DNA of 64,000 bases from a virus. The notes beneath the pieces are model-generated. The model searched no databases. It was not told the DNA's origin and saw only the letters and a program-made list of their open reading frames with translations. Made by a program: the position numbers and the translations under genes. Below are positions 28,711-37,940 of this stretch, in pieces. Location of the stretch: the IMG/VR virus record IMGVR_UViG_3300027859_000009, positions 1 to 64,000 of that record; one strand, given 5' to 3'. Numbering within the stretch: position 1 is the stretch's first letter; every line of letters starts with the position of its first letter.

Positions 28711-30594
28711 ATGGATAAACTTATCGACAAGACAAGCAATTTTGATTTGTTAATAGTAGAGAAGTCCTCATCAATTTTAACAAAATCTGGTGATGACAAA
28801 GACTATGTTTTAGAAGGTACTTTTGGAGAGATTGATGTTAAGAATAAAAACAACAGAATTTATACAGAAGGAGAATATTTACCACAAATTGAATCATTGC
28901 AAAATAAAATTAACTCTTCTAAGTTATTAGGAGAATTAGACCATCCTCAGCAATTTGATATATCTTTAAAAAACGTATCGCATATTATTGAAGAATTAAG
29001 ATATGATAAAGAAAATAAAAAAGTAAAAGGTAAAATCAGACTACTTGATACCGACGCAGGAAGACAAGCTAAGGCTTTAGTAGACGCTGGTGTACCTTTA
29101 CACATTAGCTCTAGGGCAGCAGGTGAAGTATCAGAAGGAGGTAAAGTAAAAATAAAGCAATTATTTACTTATGACCTCGTTGCAGACCCTGGTTTTCAAA
29201 ATGCAGAATTAACAAGAGTAAATGAATCTTATGGATATTCAAATGACGAAAACTTATTTATTTACGAGTTATTTAAAAGAAAAGAAGAAAATAAAAACCA
29301 AAACATAATAGAAAATAAAAACAAAAAAGAAATGGAAGAATTTGTAAAAACAGATGATTTCAACAACTACACAAAGTATCTTGCTGAGCAGATCAAAGGT
29401 TTAAAATCGGTTATTTCTGAATTATCAGAAAAAACAAATAATGGTTCGGATGAAACAAATGAAACTATTGAAAATGTAACAGCACATAACGACAGTATTG
29501 TTGAACAATTAAACAATTTAACAGAGTACGTTAAATATGTTGCAGAAAAAACAGACCAAAACATCTCATACACTGAGCATGTTGCAGAAAAAACAGACCA
29601 AAGTATTCAATATGCTGAGTACGTTGCGGAAAAAGTAGACCAAGGAATCGGATACACTGAACACGTAGCAGAATCTTTAACATCTTTAAAAGAGTATGCA
29701 AACTACGTTGCAACATCTTACAACGAAGGTGCTGAAACAACAGAAAAATTAATAGAGTATGTTGAGTATTTAAGAGGTAATGTACAAAATATCAGTGAAT
29801 ATGCTAATTATATTGCTGAATCTATCAACGAAAATCTAGTAATAGAAGGCGATGATGAAACAGCAAAAGAATTCGATGAATCAGATGAAGATAACGAATT
29901 AGAAAAAGTAGGAGATAACTCTGGAGAAGCTAATAGAGCTGATGGTGGAGCTGGTCAAGAAAAAGAAGATTTAGATAACGATTTAAAAGACGTTACTACA
30001 CCTGATGAAAAAGAAGAAGCTGATAAAGAAGTTCCTAAAAATTCAGGAGCAGACGGTGCTGATGACCCGCTAGAATCATATAAAGATGAAATTTCAGGTA
30101 AATTAAGTAGTTTACTAGAAAAAGCAGCTACAAAAGAAAATAAAGACCCTCATTTCTTTAAATTAGTTAGTTCTACAACAGCAGAAAAATATAATAACTT
30201 AGATGAAAATTCTAAAACTGCAGCTAGAAAATCAATTACTGAATCAGGATTTTTAACAGAATCTCAAATTATCAGAATCATTGAAAACGTTAATGAAGTA
30301 TCAGGAAACGTTTCAAATGAGCCTTTATTTATTACAGCTATGCCGTCTGAATATAAAGATAAATGGAATTCACTTTCAGAATCTAAGAAAAGACAAATTG
30401 TTGCACAGTCTAAGACTCGTAAATTAGAAACAGAATATCAAGTAAGAAACTTCTGGCAAACTAGAGACCTTAGAGAATTTGCTCCAGTAATGGAAAAAGT
30501 AGAAATGATTAACGAAAGTAAAAAAGAAGAACCAAAATTACCTTATAGTCTAGATGGTGTACAAGAGGCATTATCAAAAAGATTTAATAAGTAA
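28711..30594 (+). CDS. Prohead protease (gp21) fused to a scaffold-like coiled coil
   Basis: N.NNRIY, GELDHP, VSH, ISSRAAG and YDLVADPGF motifs, followed by about 450 aa of helical/acidic sequence. Confidence 0.9.
   Translation: MDKLIDKTSNFDLLIVEKSSSILTKSGDDKDYVLEGTFGEIDVKNKNNRIYTEGEYLPQIESLQNKINSSKLLGELDHPQQFDISLKNVSHIIEELRYDKENKKVKGKIRLLDTDAGRQAKALVDAGVPLHISSRAAGEVSEGGKVKIKQLFTYDLVADPGFQNAELTRVNESYGYSNDENLFIYELFKRKEENKNQNIIENKNKKEMEEFVKTDDFNNYTKYLAEQIKGLKSVISELSEKTNNGSDETNETIENVTAHNDSIVEQLNNLTEYVKYVAEKTDQNISYTEHVAEKTDQSIQYAEYVAEKVDQGIGYTEHVAESLTSLKEYANYVATSYNEGAETTEKLIEYVEYLRGNVQNISEYANYIAESINENLVIEGDDETAKEFDESDEDNELEKVGDNSGEANRADGGAGQEKEDLDNDLKDVTTPDEKEEADKEVPKNSGADGADDPLESYKDEISGKLSSLLEKAATKENKDPHFFKLVSSTTAEKYNNLDENSKTAARKSITESGFLTESQIIRIIENVNEVSGNVSNEPLFITAMPSEYKDKWNSLSESKKRQIVAQSKTRKLETEYQVRNFWQTRDLREFAPVMEKVEMINESKKEEPKLPYSLDGVQEALSKRFNK
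29527..29712 (+). repeat. Degenerate 42-bp (14-aa) tandem repeat in the scaffold region
   Basis: YVKYVAEKTDQNIS / YTEHVAEKTDQSIQ / YAEYVAEKVDQGIG / YTEHVAESLTSLKE / YANYVA. Confidence 0.85.
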
Positions 30595-30616
30595 TAAAAT
30601 TCTATTTTTGTTTTTT

Positions 30617-30643
30617 AAAGCCCAGAATTTTCTGGGCTTTTTT
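30617..30643 (+). terminator. Intrinsic terminator
   Basis: AAAGCCCAGA/TCTGGGCTTT plus T-run. Confidence 0.85.
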
Positions 30644-30680
30644 ATGTTCCTAGAAAGATATATAATAAAAAACATCAGTT

Positions 30681-30872
30681 ATGATTAAACATATATTTCA
30701 CTTATTACCGGTTATTTTATGCTTAGGGTTTTCTATCCTTTGGCCTTTTTGGTTAGCAAACGGATATTTAGATACTTTATACCTTAAAGCAGCAACTTTT
30801 ATAGCGGCTTATGGTGGCTTTATAGGAGGTACTGTATGGTACATTCAATGGGTTAAAAGAAACAAAAGATAA
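30681..30872 (+). CDS. Small 2-TM membrane protein (late)
   Basis: Two hydrophobic helices and a basic C-terminus; GATATATA at 30657. Confidence 0.6.
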   Translation: MIKHIFHLLPVILCLGFSILWPFWLANGYLDTLYLKAATFIAAYGGFIGGTVWYIQWVKRNKR

Positions 30873-30973
30873 TCCTATAATCAAATACTCTACTTTTATT
30901 TAAAAAATATACAACTTTATTATATGATTCTAGTTATATAATATTAATGTAGTATTTTATTGAAAAATAAAAA

Positions 30974-30981
30974 GATATATA
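30974..30981 (+). promoter_or_regulatory. Putative late promoter GATATATA (MCP copy)
   Basis: Same octamer at 164, 7101, 10051, 13138, 23517, 28266, 28684, 30657, 32544, 40226, 44984, 47339, 49518 and 62881; variants at 26627, 40504, 42481 and 54181. Confidence 0.75.
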
Positions 30982-31067
30982 AAACATATTCGACGATTTG
31001 GCTAAAGAAGCAGAAAGCCATGTAAATAATGTCGAAAACTAAAACGCAAAAAAATAAATTTAACAAA

Positions 31068-32480
31068 ATGGCAAATTTAATTAACGAAGCGGAAATTAGA
31101 GATACATGGTCACCGATTATTGAATCGGCAACTGGTATCAAAGACGCTGAAAAATTATCATGGATGTCTGAGTACTGTCACAATCACAAACTTTACGAAG
31201 ACGCAAACATCATGTCCCTTAACCCAGGAATGAACTTAACAGGTATGGGTGCAGTAGCATTCCCATCAAACTTTGACGGTGCAGCTGACGGTTCAGGAGA
31301 CAAAGCTCCAACTTTACTTCCTTTAGCGATGCAAGTTGCAGCTCAAACAATCGGATTAGACTTAGTACCAGTTGTACCAATGGCTGGACCTATGGGTCTT
31401 TTATCTTACCTAGACTTCGTATACGAAGGAGGTACTTTAGGTGCTGGAGCTTCCGGTGCTGATGGTACTGTAGCACCTACATACATCAAATCAGGAGCAA
31501 CTGCTGCTTCTACTGGTGATACTATCGTAGGTACATCTAGAATTGACGGAAAATCAATCATCAAAATTGGAGCAACAACTGAAGCTGCAGCACCAGTAAC
31601 TAACACTTACGCTGACGCTGAATTAGTTGCTGCATTAGACGACCATATCCCTGGTTTCGTTGGAAATGATGATGGAACTCCATACACTAGAGAAGTTGGT
31701 GAATCAACTCCGGACAGAGTTATGGGTCTTTCATTGTTCAGTAAATCAGTAGACGCTAGAACTTATCAAGTTGCTGCTGCAGTTACTAGAGAGCAAGTAC
31801 AAGATTTAAAACAATTCGGTGTAGATGCAGTTGCTCAAGTAGAGGCTGTATTAACTAACGAGCTTACTCAAACAATCAATGATTTAATTATCAATAACAT
31901 CGATTCACTTGCTACTGCTAACATGGCAGCTGCTGGTATCGCTGGAAACTTAAACGTAGCTTTAACTCCTGTTGCATCTGCAGCTGGTGGTGCTACTGAA
32001 GGTTCACAACACAGAAAAGTATTAACAGGTATTCTTGCTGCTGCTAACTTAATTGCTAACAGAGGTAGAAGAGGTGCTGGTAACTTTGCTGTAGTTGGAC
32101 CACAGGTTGCTACATTAATTCAATCGGTTTCAGGATTTGTTCCTAACCCATTCGCTAACACGGCAAACCAATCAGCAGGTGCTATTTATCCTGTAGGTTC
32201 TGTTGCTGGTGTACAAGTTTATACTAACCCAAAATGGAATTGGTCTTACAATGAAGTATTAGTTGGTAGAAAAGGAGACGGAAACGGACCTGGATTAGTA
32301 TTCATGCCTTACTTAATGGCAGAATCAGTACAAACAATTGCTGAAGGAACTATGGCTCCTAAAGTAGCTGTTAAGTCTAGATTCAGAATCGTTGAAGCTG
32401 GTTTCCACCCAGAAACACAATATGCAAAATTTGCAATTACTGTTGCTGGTGGTGGTACTGATTTAGTAAACATCGCTTAA
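31068..32480 (+). CDS. Major capsid protein (gp23)
   Basis: V.V.PM.GP.G, EQVQDLK, IA..GRRGAGNF and G..F.PY motifs; strong high-expression codon bias. Start at ATG 31068. Confidence 0.95.
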   Translation: MANLINEAEIRDTWSPIIESATGIKDAEKLSWMSEYCHNHKLYEDANIMSLNPGMNLTGMGAVAFPSNFDGAADGSGDKAPTLLPLAMQVAAQTIGLDLVPVVPMAGPMGLLSYLDFVYEGGTLGAGASGADGTVAPTYIKSGATAASTGDTIVGTSRIDGKSIIKIGATTEAAAPVTNTYADAELVAALDDHIPGFVGNDDGTPYTREVGESTPDRVMGLSLFSKSVDARTYQVAAAVTREQVQDLKQFGVDAVAQVEAVLTNELTQTINDLIINNIDSLATANMAAAGIAGNLNVALTPVASAAGGATEGSQHRKVLTGILAAANLIANRGRRGAGNFAVVGPQVATLIQSVSGFVPNPFANTANQSAGAIYPVGSVAGVQVYTNPKWNWSYNEVLVGRKGDGNGPGLVFMPYLMAESVQTIAEGTMAPKVAVKSRFRIVEAGFHPETQYAKFAITVAGGGTDLVNIA

Positions 32481-32505
32481 TAAACTTTTAATAGTTTTAA
32501 GATAT

Positions 32506-32532
32506 AAAGGGAAACGTAAGTTTCCCTTTTTC
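32506..32532 (+). terminator. Intrinsic terminator after the MCP gene
   Basis: AAAGGGAAAC-GTAA-GTTTCCCTTT plus Ts. Confidence 0.85.
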
Positions 32533-32580
32533 TGATTTAAAAGGATATATACTATATTAATCTAAATAAAATTAACAAAA

Positions 32581-33606
32581 ATGAAAAGATTTTACCTAAA
32601 AGAAAATTTAAAAACATACAGTGAGTTTACATCACTTAATGAAGAAATCAATATTGAAAACCAACAAGAAACCTCTATATCAGGTCAAGATATTGAGGGC
32701 GATGTCATAACTGGAGATAATCTTTCCGGTGAAATTGATACCATCTTAGATAAATTAAAAGAATTAGAAGATGGAATAGAAGAAGAACTTGCGGTTAAAT
32801 ATTTAGGTCTTATAGAAGATAGAGACCTTTTTGAAGAAGAAGATGGCGCAATGGCCAAAATAAAAGATTTTGTATTTGTAGCACCTAAAGTTACAAAAAT
32901 GCAGAAAAAAGCTAATAAAATTAGACTTAATAAAGAGGTCTTAGATATGACTGTACAAAATCCTGAAATAGATGGTAAGAAAAAGAAATCGTTAGAACAA
33001 AAAAGAGACGGACTTAAAGACCAACTTAAAGATTTAGAAAATGCAGTTACCCAATATCAAAAAGATAACGGTGGAAAATATTCTGCTAGAAAACTTGCTA
33101 AAACAAAAATTGAAGGTCAATTAGCAGCTATTAAGAAAAAGACTGGTATGTCAGATGACCCAAAACAGCAAAAGTCATTAGCACAAGATGCTAAAGAACT
33201 TGCAGTAAGATACAAAGAAGAAGTTGCAGCAACAAAAGAAATTGCAGATGCTGATAAGCCTTCACCGGAAGAAGTAGCTAAAGCTAAAGCTGATGAAATC
33301 AAAACTCAAAGAAAAGAACTTATCGATAAGAAAGAGTCTACTGATGATAAAAAAGCACAAGCAACTTTACAAGTAGAAATAGAAACACTTAACGTAAAAA
33401 TAGCTGCATTAGAGAAAGAAGGTGAAGCAGAAGCTAAACAAGATTTAAAAGATGCTAAGGCAAAATTAGCAGAAATTGAATCTGGAGGAGCAGAAGCAGA
33501 AGCAGGAGCTGAAGGAGAAGCAGGAGCTGAAGGAGAAGCAGGAGCTAAAGGATATAATGAGTCTGAATTTGATGGTTCTGGTAGAAGTTTACCTATCGCA
33601 GAATAG
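32581..33606 (+). CDS. Late coiled-coil protein, putative internal head protein
   Basis: GATATATA at 32544; KTYSEFTSLNEE CTS-like motif. Confidence 0.6.
   Translation: MKRFYLKENLKTYSEFTSLNEEINIENQQETSISGQDIEGDVITGDNLSGEIDTILDKLKELEDGIEEELAVKYLGLIEDRDLFEEEDGAMAKIKDFVFVAPKVTKMQKKANKIRLNKEVLDMTVQNPEIDGKKKKSLEQKRDGLKDQLKDLENAVTQYQKDNGGKYSARKLAKTKIEGQLAAIKKKTGMSDDPKQQKSLAQDAKELAVRYKEEVAATKEIADADKPSPEEVAKAKADEIKTQRKELIDKKESTDDKKAQATLQVEIETLNVKIAALEKEGEAEAKQDLKDAKAKLAEIESGGAEAEAGAEGEAGAEGEAGAKGYNESEFDGSGRSLPIAE
33499..33546 (+). repeat. 18-bp tandem repeat (EAGAEG), about 2.7 copies
   Basis: GAAGCAGGAGCTGAAGGA repeated exactly. Confidence 0.9.
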
Positions 33607-33617
33607 TATTTTTTAAA

Positions 33618-34229
33618 ATGATACCTAAGATAATACACCAAATATGGATAGGAGATAAACCTATCCCAGAAAAATGTAAAGCTTTTAGTGCAAAAATGAA
33701 GCAACTACATCCAGACTGGAAATATGTTTTTTGGGACAATAATAAAATATTTAACGAAGTTTATAAAGAAGATGAATATCTGCAAAGCTACTACGAGGAT
33801 ATTAATACCCATTTTAAACCTGCCCATATTGCGGATAGAGCTAGACTTTTAATATTAAGAGATTTTGGAGGAGTTTACGTGGATATGGATGCTAACCCTA
33901 TAAAATCGTTTAATAATATTCATGAAAAACTAAACGAATCAATTACTTTTTTTGGAGGTGTTAGGCCTAAAAGTAAAGAAGAAAAAAGAGGAGCATTAAT
34001 AGACTGTACTGTTTTAGGAGCTGAAAAAAACTCAAGAATAATCAATGAGGTTTTAAAAATTTATAAGAGTAAAAATTGGGCATGGGGAGGAAGAGCACTT
34101 TCTGATAAAATGTTTGAAAATTTAGGACCTGATGTTGCACTTTTTAACTATAAAAAATTTTACGATACAGAAATAACAGAAGAAACTATAGTTTCTCATG
34201 ACTCAAATAGACTATGGTCTTGGTTATAA
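33618..34229 (+). CDS. Glycosyltransferase, GT32/OCH1-like DXD family
   Basis: MIPKIIHQIW and AD..RL.IL...GGVYVDMD motifs. Confidence 0.9.
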   Translation: MIPKIIHQIWIGDKPIPEKCKAFSAKMKQLHPDWKYVFWDNNKIFNEVYKEDEYLQSYYEDINTHFKPAHIADRARLLILRDFGGVYVDMDANPIKSFNNIHEKLNESITFFGGVRPKSKEEKRGALIDCTVLGAEKNSRIINEVLKIYKSKNWAWGGRALSDKMFENLGPDVALFNYKKFYDTEITEETIVSHDSNRLWSWL

Positions 34230-34230
34230 T

Positions 34231-34722
34231 CTAAGATTTCTTACCCTTTTTAACAATACGTATAAACTCTTGTTGGTCTTCCAGCAGGAGTTTTTTACAA
34301 TATTTTCGAAATTCAATACTGCTTTTAAGAATACGACTATCTACCATACTTTGTTTCAGGATATCAGAATACTCAGGGTGAATAAAATTTTCAAGCTGAA
34401 AGTTATTAAATTTAGCTTTAATGGGTTTACGACTTATTGCGCAGAACCAATCTATGGTATCATACGAATTAATTAGCTCTTCCATCTTAACAGGTGTTTG
34501 ATTTGTCCAATCATAATAAAACTTATCTCTTAAAACGGTGTTTTTTAGTTTTAACTCTTTTTGTTTAATTCTAAGAATTTGCTCCATAAAAACCATATCA
34601 TTTTTCCATCTACGTAGATTTCTGTGTTCTATCATAAATTTACGAAGAGTTCTAGGAAGGCCATCAAGTCTTACTCCATGCCGATGAGCCTGTTTAGGAT
34701 TGTTTGAGCGTTTTATTTGCAT
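34231..34722 (-). CDS. Hypothetical protein (the only convincing minus-strand gene)
   Basis: 163-aa ORF filling the gap; AATATATAAATA upstream on the minus strand. Confidence 0.7.
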   Translation of the reverse strand: MQIKRSNNPKQAHRHGVRLDGLPRTLRKFMIEHRNLRRWKNDMVFMEQILRIKQKELKLKNTVLRDKFYYDWTNQTPVKMEELINSYDTIDWFCAISRKPIKAKFNNFQLENFIHPEYSDILKQSMVDSRILKSSIEFRKYCKKLLLEDQQEFIRIVKKGKKS

Positions 34723-34748
34723 TTATTTATATATTTGTTAAAAATAAT

Positions 34749-34798
34749 TGCCCTCAGATTTTTTTATGTCGTTTATAATGATTATATTTATACTATAT
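34749..34798 (+). promoter_or_regulatory. Early-promoter repeat, copy 2
   Basis: CAGATTTTTTTATGTCGTTTA-N6-TTATATTTATACT. Confidence 0.8.
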
Positions 34799-34817
34799 TA
34801 ATCAAAACGAATAAATT

Positions 34818-35384
34818 ATGGAATTTTTACACTACTTAGGAAAAGGATTAGGATGGTTACTAATGTACGGTGCCATTGCGGCATCAATAATATACAGTGT
34901 ATTGCTACTATTCGGTTTAATAATATATTCTACTAGATATGTTATTTGGAAATTAATCTTAAGAAAAGAAACTTCAACTGAGTTTCTTGATAGACTTGCT
35001 ATAGAAAAAGGATATACGTCATATCAGGAGATGCGTGATATATGGAAGAACCAGTTCGGCTCACATTTTGAGTGGTCTTACTACGCAGCATCTGAACAGA
35101 ACCTTGAACCCTATCTTGAAGAAGAAGACAGGACTGATCGAGAATATAGCAAAATGTATGACAATTTGTATGATATTTATAGAAAACACAACGAAACTTA
35201 TAATAATCCATGGAAGAAAAGATGGTATATCTTAACTGATTACAAATTTACAGCTAATAAAGAATGGAAAGGCGAGGCTTTTGTAGTTGCAGCAACCACG
35301 TTCATTATTTCAATATCAGCATATATGATAGCAGCACTCACATATTATATGGAGCATGGACAAAAGATGCCTCTACTATTTTAA
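34818..35384 (+). CDS. Early membrane protein (TM segments at both ends)
   Basis: Hydrophobic segments at both termini. Confidence 0.65.
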   Translation: MEFLHYLGKGLGWLLMYGAIAASIIYSVLLLFGLIIYSTRYVIWKLILRKETSTEFLDRLAIEKGYTSYQEMRDIWKNQFGSHFEWSYYAASEQNLEPYLEEEDRTDREYSKMYDNLYDIYRKHNETYNNPWKKRWYILTDYKFTANKEWKGEAFVVAATTFIISISAYMIAALTYYMEHGQKMPLLF

Positions 35385-35401
35385 AAAAAGTGAAAAATAA
35401 A

Positions 35402-35451
35402 TCACTCCAGATTTTTTTATGTCGTTTATTTTTCTTATATTTATACTGTAA
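35402..35451 (+). promoter_or_regulatory. Early-promoter repeat, copy 3
   Basis: Same 50-bp element. Confidence 0.8.
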
Positions 35452-35470
35452 CAAATTAATAATAACAACA

Positions 35471-35638
35471 ATGAAATTACCTTTTGAACTTAAATTTTTA
35501 TTAACAATTATAATAATGGCAATCTTTATTATTTGGATTCCAGTATTATTCGCTTTGAATATTGAAGATATCAGAATTTTAATACCAATTTGCACAGTAT
35601 ATGGATTTTGTTTAGGTAAATTAATTGCAAATAACTAA
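35471..35638 (+). CDS. Small 2-TM protein (MKLPFELK...)
   Basis: ATG 35471 follows the early promoter; 3' part of the ORF-track 35264 frame. Confidence 0.55.
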   Translation: MKLPFELKFLLTIIIMAIFIIWIPVLFALNIEDIRILIPICTVYGFCLGKLIANN

Positions 35639-35641
35639 AAA

Positions 35642-36379
35642 ATGAATTTAGAAAACTTAAATTTCACATCACCTGAACAGCATATACCAGCTGTTACTAT
35701 CCCAGCAAAAACTTATATTTTTGCAGAAGAACTAGAAAAAGCAGTACTTAAGTACATGGAAGATAGATATCATTATCTTGCAGAAGGAAGACATATCCTT
35801 GATGACTTAAGTCCATCGTCTTATATTAAGAACCTCGCAAATATTTTCACAAAAGTATCATATCATGATATTGAAAAGCACTTTAATGCTCTTGGTGAAA
35901 AAATCACGGCTGAAAGATTAAAAAAAGAAAGAGAAGAGTATTTTGAACATCATGGCATTGATGTTAAAATAGACTCAGAAATGTTACTTCAATCATGTAA
36001 GTTTTTAAGAGAAAGGTTTCTTAAAAATAGACCTACGAAAGGATGGAATACAAATAAAATGGACAAATGGAGACTTCAAAACGAAGAACTACTCTATGAA
36101 GAACTTGGTTTAAAAACATATACAAAATCTGATAAAAATTGTTTAGACCTTAGAGGCTATGAAGACATAGACATCATAATTCACACTGATGGAATATTCC
36201 CAAGAAATGAGTGGGAGGCTGATAGAGGAATGGAATCTTTCTACATTAAAGCCCATTTTCCTAACGAATTTAGATGGGCAGAGCAGAAAAAACACGGTTC
36301 AGTAGGTATCTTAGAGATATACTACAGCAAGCGCAAAAATGAAATAAGAAATAATACAAACACAATAAAAATTAAATAA
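35642..36379 (+). CDS. Hypothetical protein
   Basis: 245-aa ORF in an early operon. Confidence 0.7.
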   Translation: MNLENLNFTSPEQHIPAVTIPAKTYIFAEELEKAVLKYMEDRYHYLAEGRHILDDLSPSSYIKNLANIFTKVSYHDIEKHFNALGEKITAERLKKEREEYFEHHGIDVKIDSEMLLQSCKFLRERFLKNRPTKGWNTNKMDKWRLQNEELLYEELGLKTYTKSDKNCLDLRGYEDIDIIIHTDGIFPRNEWEADRGMESFYIKAHFPNEFRWAEQKKHGSVGILEIYYSKRKNEIRNNTNTIKIK

Positions 36380-36380
36380 A

Positions 36381-36743
36381 ATGAGAAAAAGAAGAATAGA
36401 TTGGTTTAGAGTAACAATGGTAGGTACTTTTGTATTGGTAGCAGCAATAATACTAGGAGGTATTGGCTTAGAAGTAGCGTACTATCAAACATCAGATACT
36501 GTTACATTTACAGTAACGGATAAAGAAACAAAAGTAACATCAGATGGAGAACACGTATCTTCAAAGTATATTGTCTTTACAGAAAACGAAACCTTTGAAA
36601 ATACAGACCTTTTATTTGGGGGTAAATTTAACTCTTCAGATATCCAAGGAAAACTTAAAAGAGGAGAAACATACACTGCTGAGGTTTATGGATGGAGAGT
36701 TCCTTTCTTCTCAATGTACAGAAATATAGTAGTAATTAAATAA
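36381..36743 (+). CDS. Membrane-anchored protein (DUF1523-like)
   Basis: N-terminal TM; FENTD....KFNSSD..G and YGWR motifs. Confidence 0.6.
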   Translation: MRKRRIDWFRVTMVGTFVLVAAIILGGIGLEVAYYQTSDTVTFTVTDKETKVTSDGEHVSSKYIVFTENETFENTDLLFGGKFNSSDIQGKLKRGETYTAEVYGWRVPFFSMYRNIVVIK

Positions 36744-36753
36744 AATAATAAAA

Positions 36754-36936
36754 ATGACTAAACAAGAAGCATTAAATGAAATAATGAAAGCAGTGGAATA
36801 TAAAGTACCTGGATATGATAACACAGAATTAGTAAAGGCTATTCTAGGAGTTTTTGAAAAACAGGTAAGAATAGACCAGATAGAAAAAGACCGCGAAATG
36901 AGTATGAAAACCCTAAATATTACTAAAATTAAATAA
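36754..36936 (+). CDS. Hypothetical protein
   Basis: ORF track. Confidence 0.5.
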   Translation: MTKQEALNEIMKAVEYKVPGYDNTELVKAILGVFEKQVRIDQIEKDREMSMKTLNITKIK

Positions 36937-36974
36937 ACAAATCAAAGATTTTTTCTATAAAATAAAAATAAAAT

Positions 36975-37940
36975 ATGCAAGCAGTTCAACAACTTTTCAC
37001 AGAAAAATACAGACCAAAAAATCTTAGTGAACTTATTCTACCAGAAAGAGTGATGAATAAATTCAAAGACGGGTTAGTTCAAAACATGTTATTAGCGGGT
37101 AGTCCAGGTACTGGAAAAACATCAACAGCTAAAGCAATTGTTAATCAATTTAACATGCCGTATCTTTACATAAATGCATCGACAGATACTTCAGTAGACG
37201 TAATTAGAACAAGAATCACAGACTTTTGTTCTACAGTTTCTATTATGGACGGACCTAGTTCTATGAAGGTTGTAATATTAGATGAGGTTGATGGTGTATC
37301 AGATCAATTCTTTAAAGCACTTCGTGCTACAATGGAAACCTTCGCATCAAATAGCAGATTTATTGCTACATGTAATTATATAAATAAATTACCAGATCCA
37401 ATACTTTCAAGATTTGAAGTTATTAATTTTGATTTTGACAAAGAAGACGAAGCTGAACTAACTAAAAAATATATTAGAAGAGTTTACGAAATATGTCAAA
37501 ATGAAGGACTTGAAATAGAAAAACCAGCTCTATTAGAATTTGTAAGGCGAAATTTTCCAGATCTAAGAGATACTCTTAATAAACTGCAGGGCTTTAAATC
37601 TCAAGGAACTTTAGATATTAAAGTAGAAGACGTAAAAAGATTTAACTCTGTCTATAAAGACATATTTGAACTCATATTTAATGAAACAAATCCAGTAGTT
37701 AATTATAAAACATTAGTAAGCAATTATTCAAACAGAGTTGAAGATGTATTGCAGAGCTTAGGTAGCGATTTTATTGATTATATAAATCAAGAAAAAAGCC
37801 AGTACACAAAGCATATTCCAGAAATAACAGTGGAAGTTGCACAGCATCAAGCACAGAGACTTTCTGTAATAGACCCTGTAATTACAATGCTTTCATTAGT
37901 GTTTAAAATACAAACAATAATAAAAGAAACAAAGGTATGA
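36975..37940 (+). CDS. Clamp loader AAA+ subunit (gp44)
   Basis: EKYRP, GSPGTGKT, LDEVD and SRF motifs. Confidence 0.93.
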   Translation: MQAVQQLFTEKYRPKNLSELILPERVMNKFKDGLVQNMLLAGSPGTGKTSTAKAIVNQFNMPYLYINASTDTSVDVIRTRITDFCSTVSIMDGPSSMKVVILDEVDGVSDQFFKALRATMETFASNSRFIATCNYINKLPDPILSRFEVINFDFDKEDEAELTKKYIRRVYEICQNEGLEIEKPALLEFVRRNFPDLRDTLNKLQGFKSQGTLDIKVEDVKRFNSVYKDIFELIFNETNPVVNYKTLVSNYSNRVEDVLQSLGSDFIDYINQEKSQYTKHIPEITVEVAQHQAQRLSVIDPVITMLSLVFKIQTIIKETKV

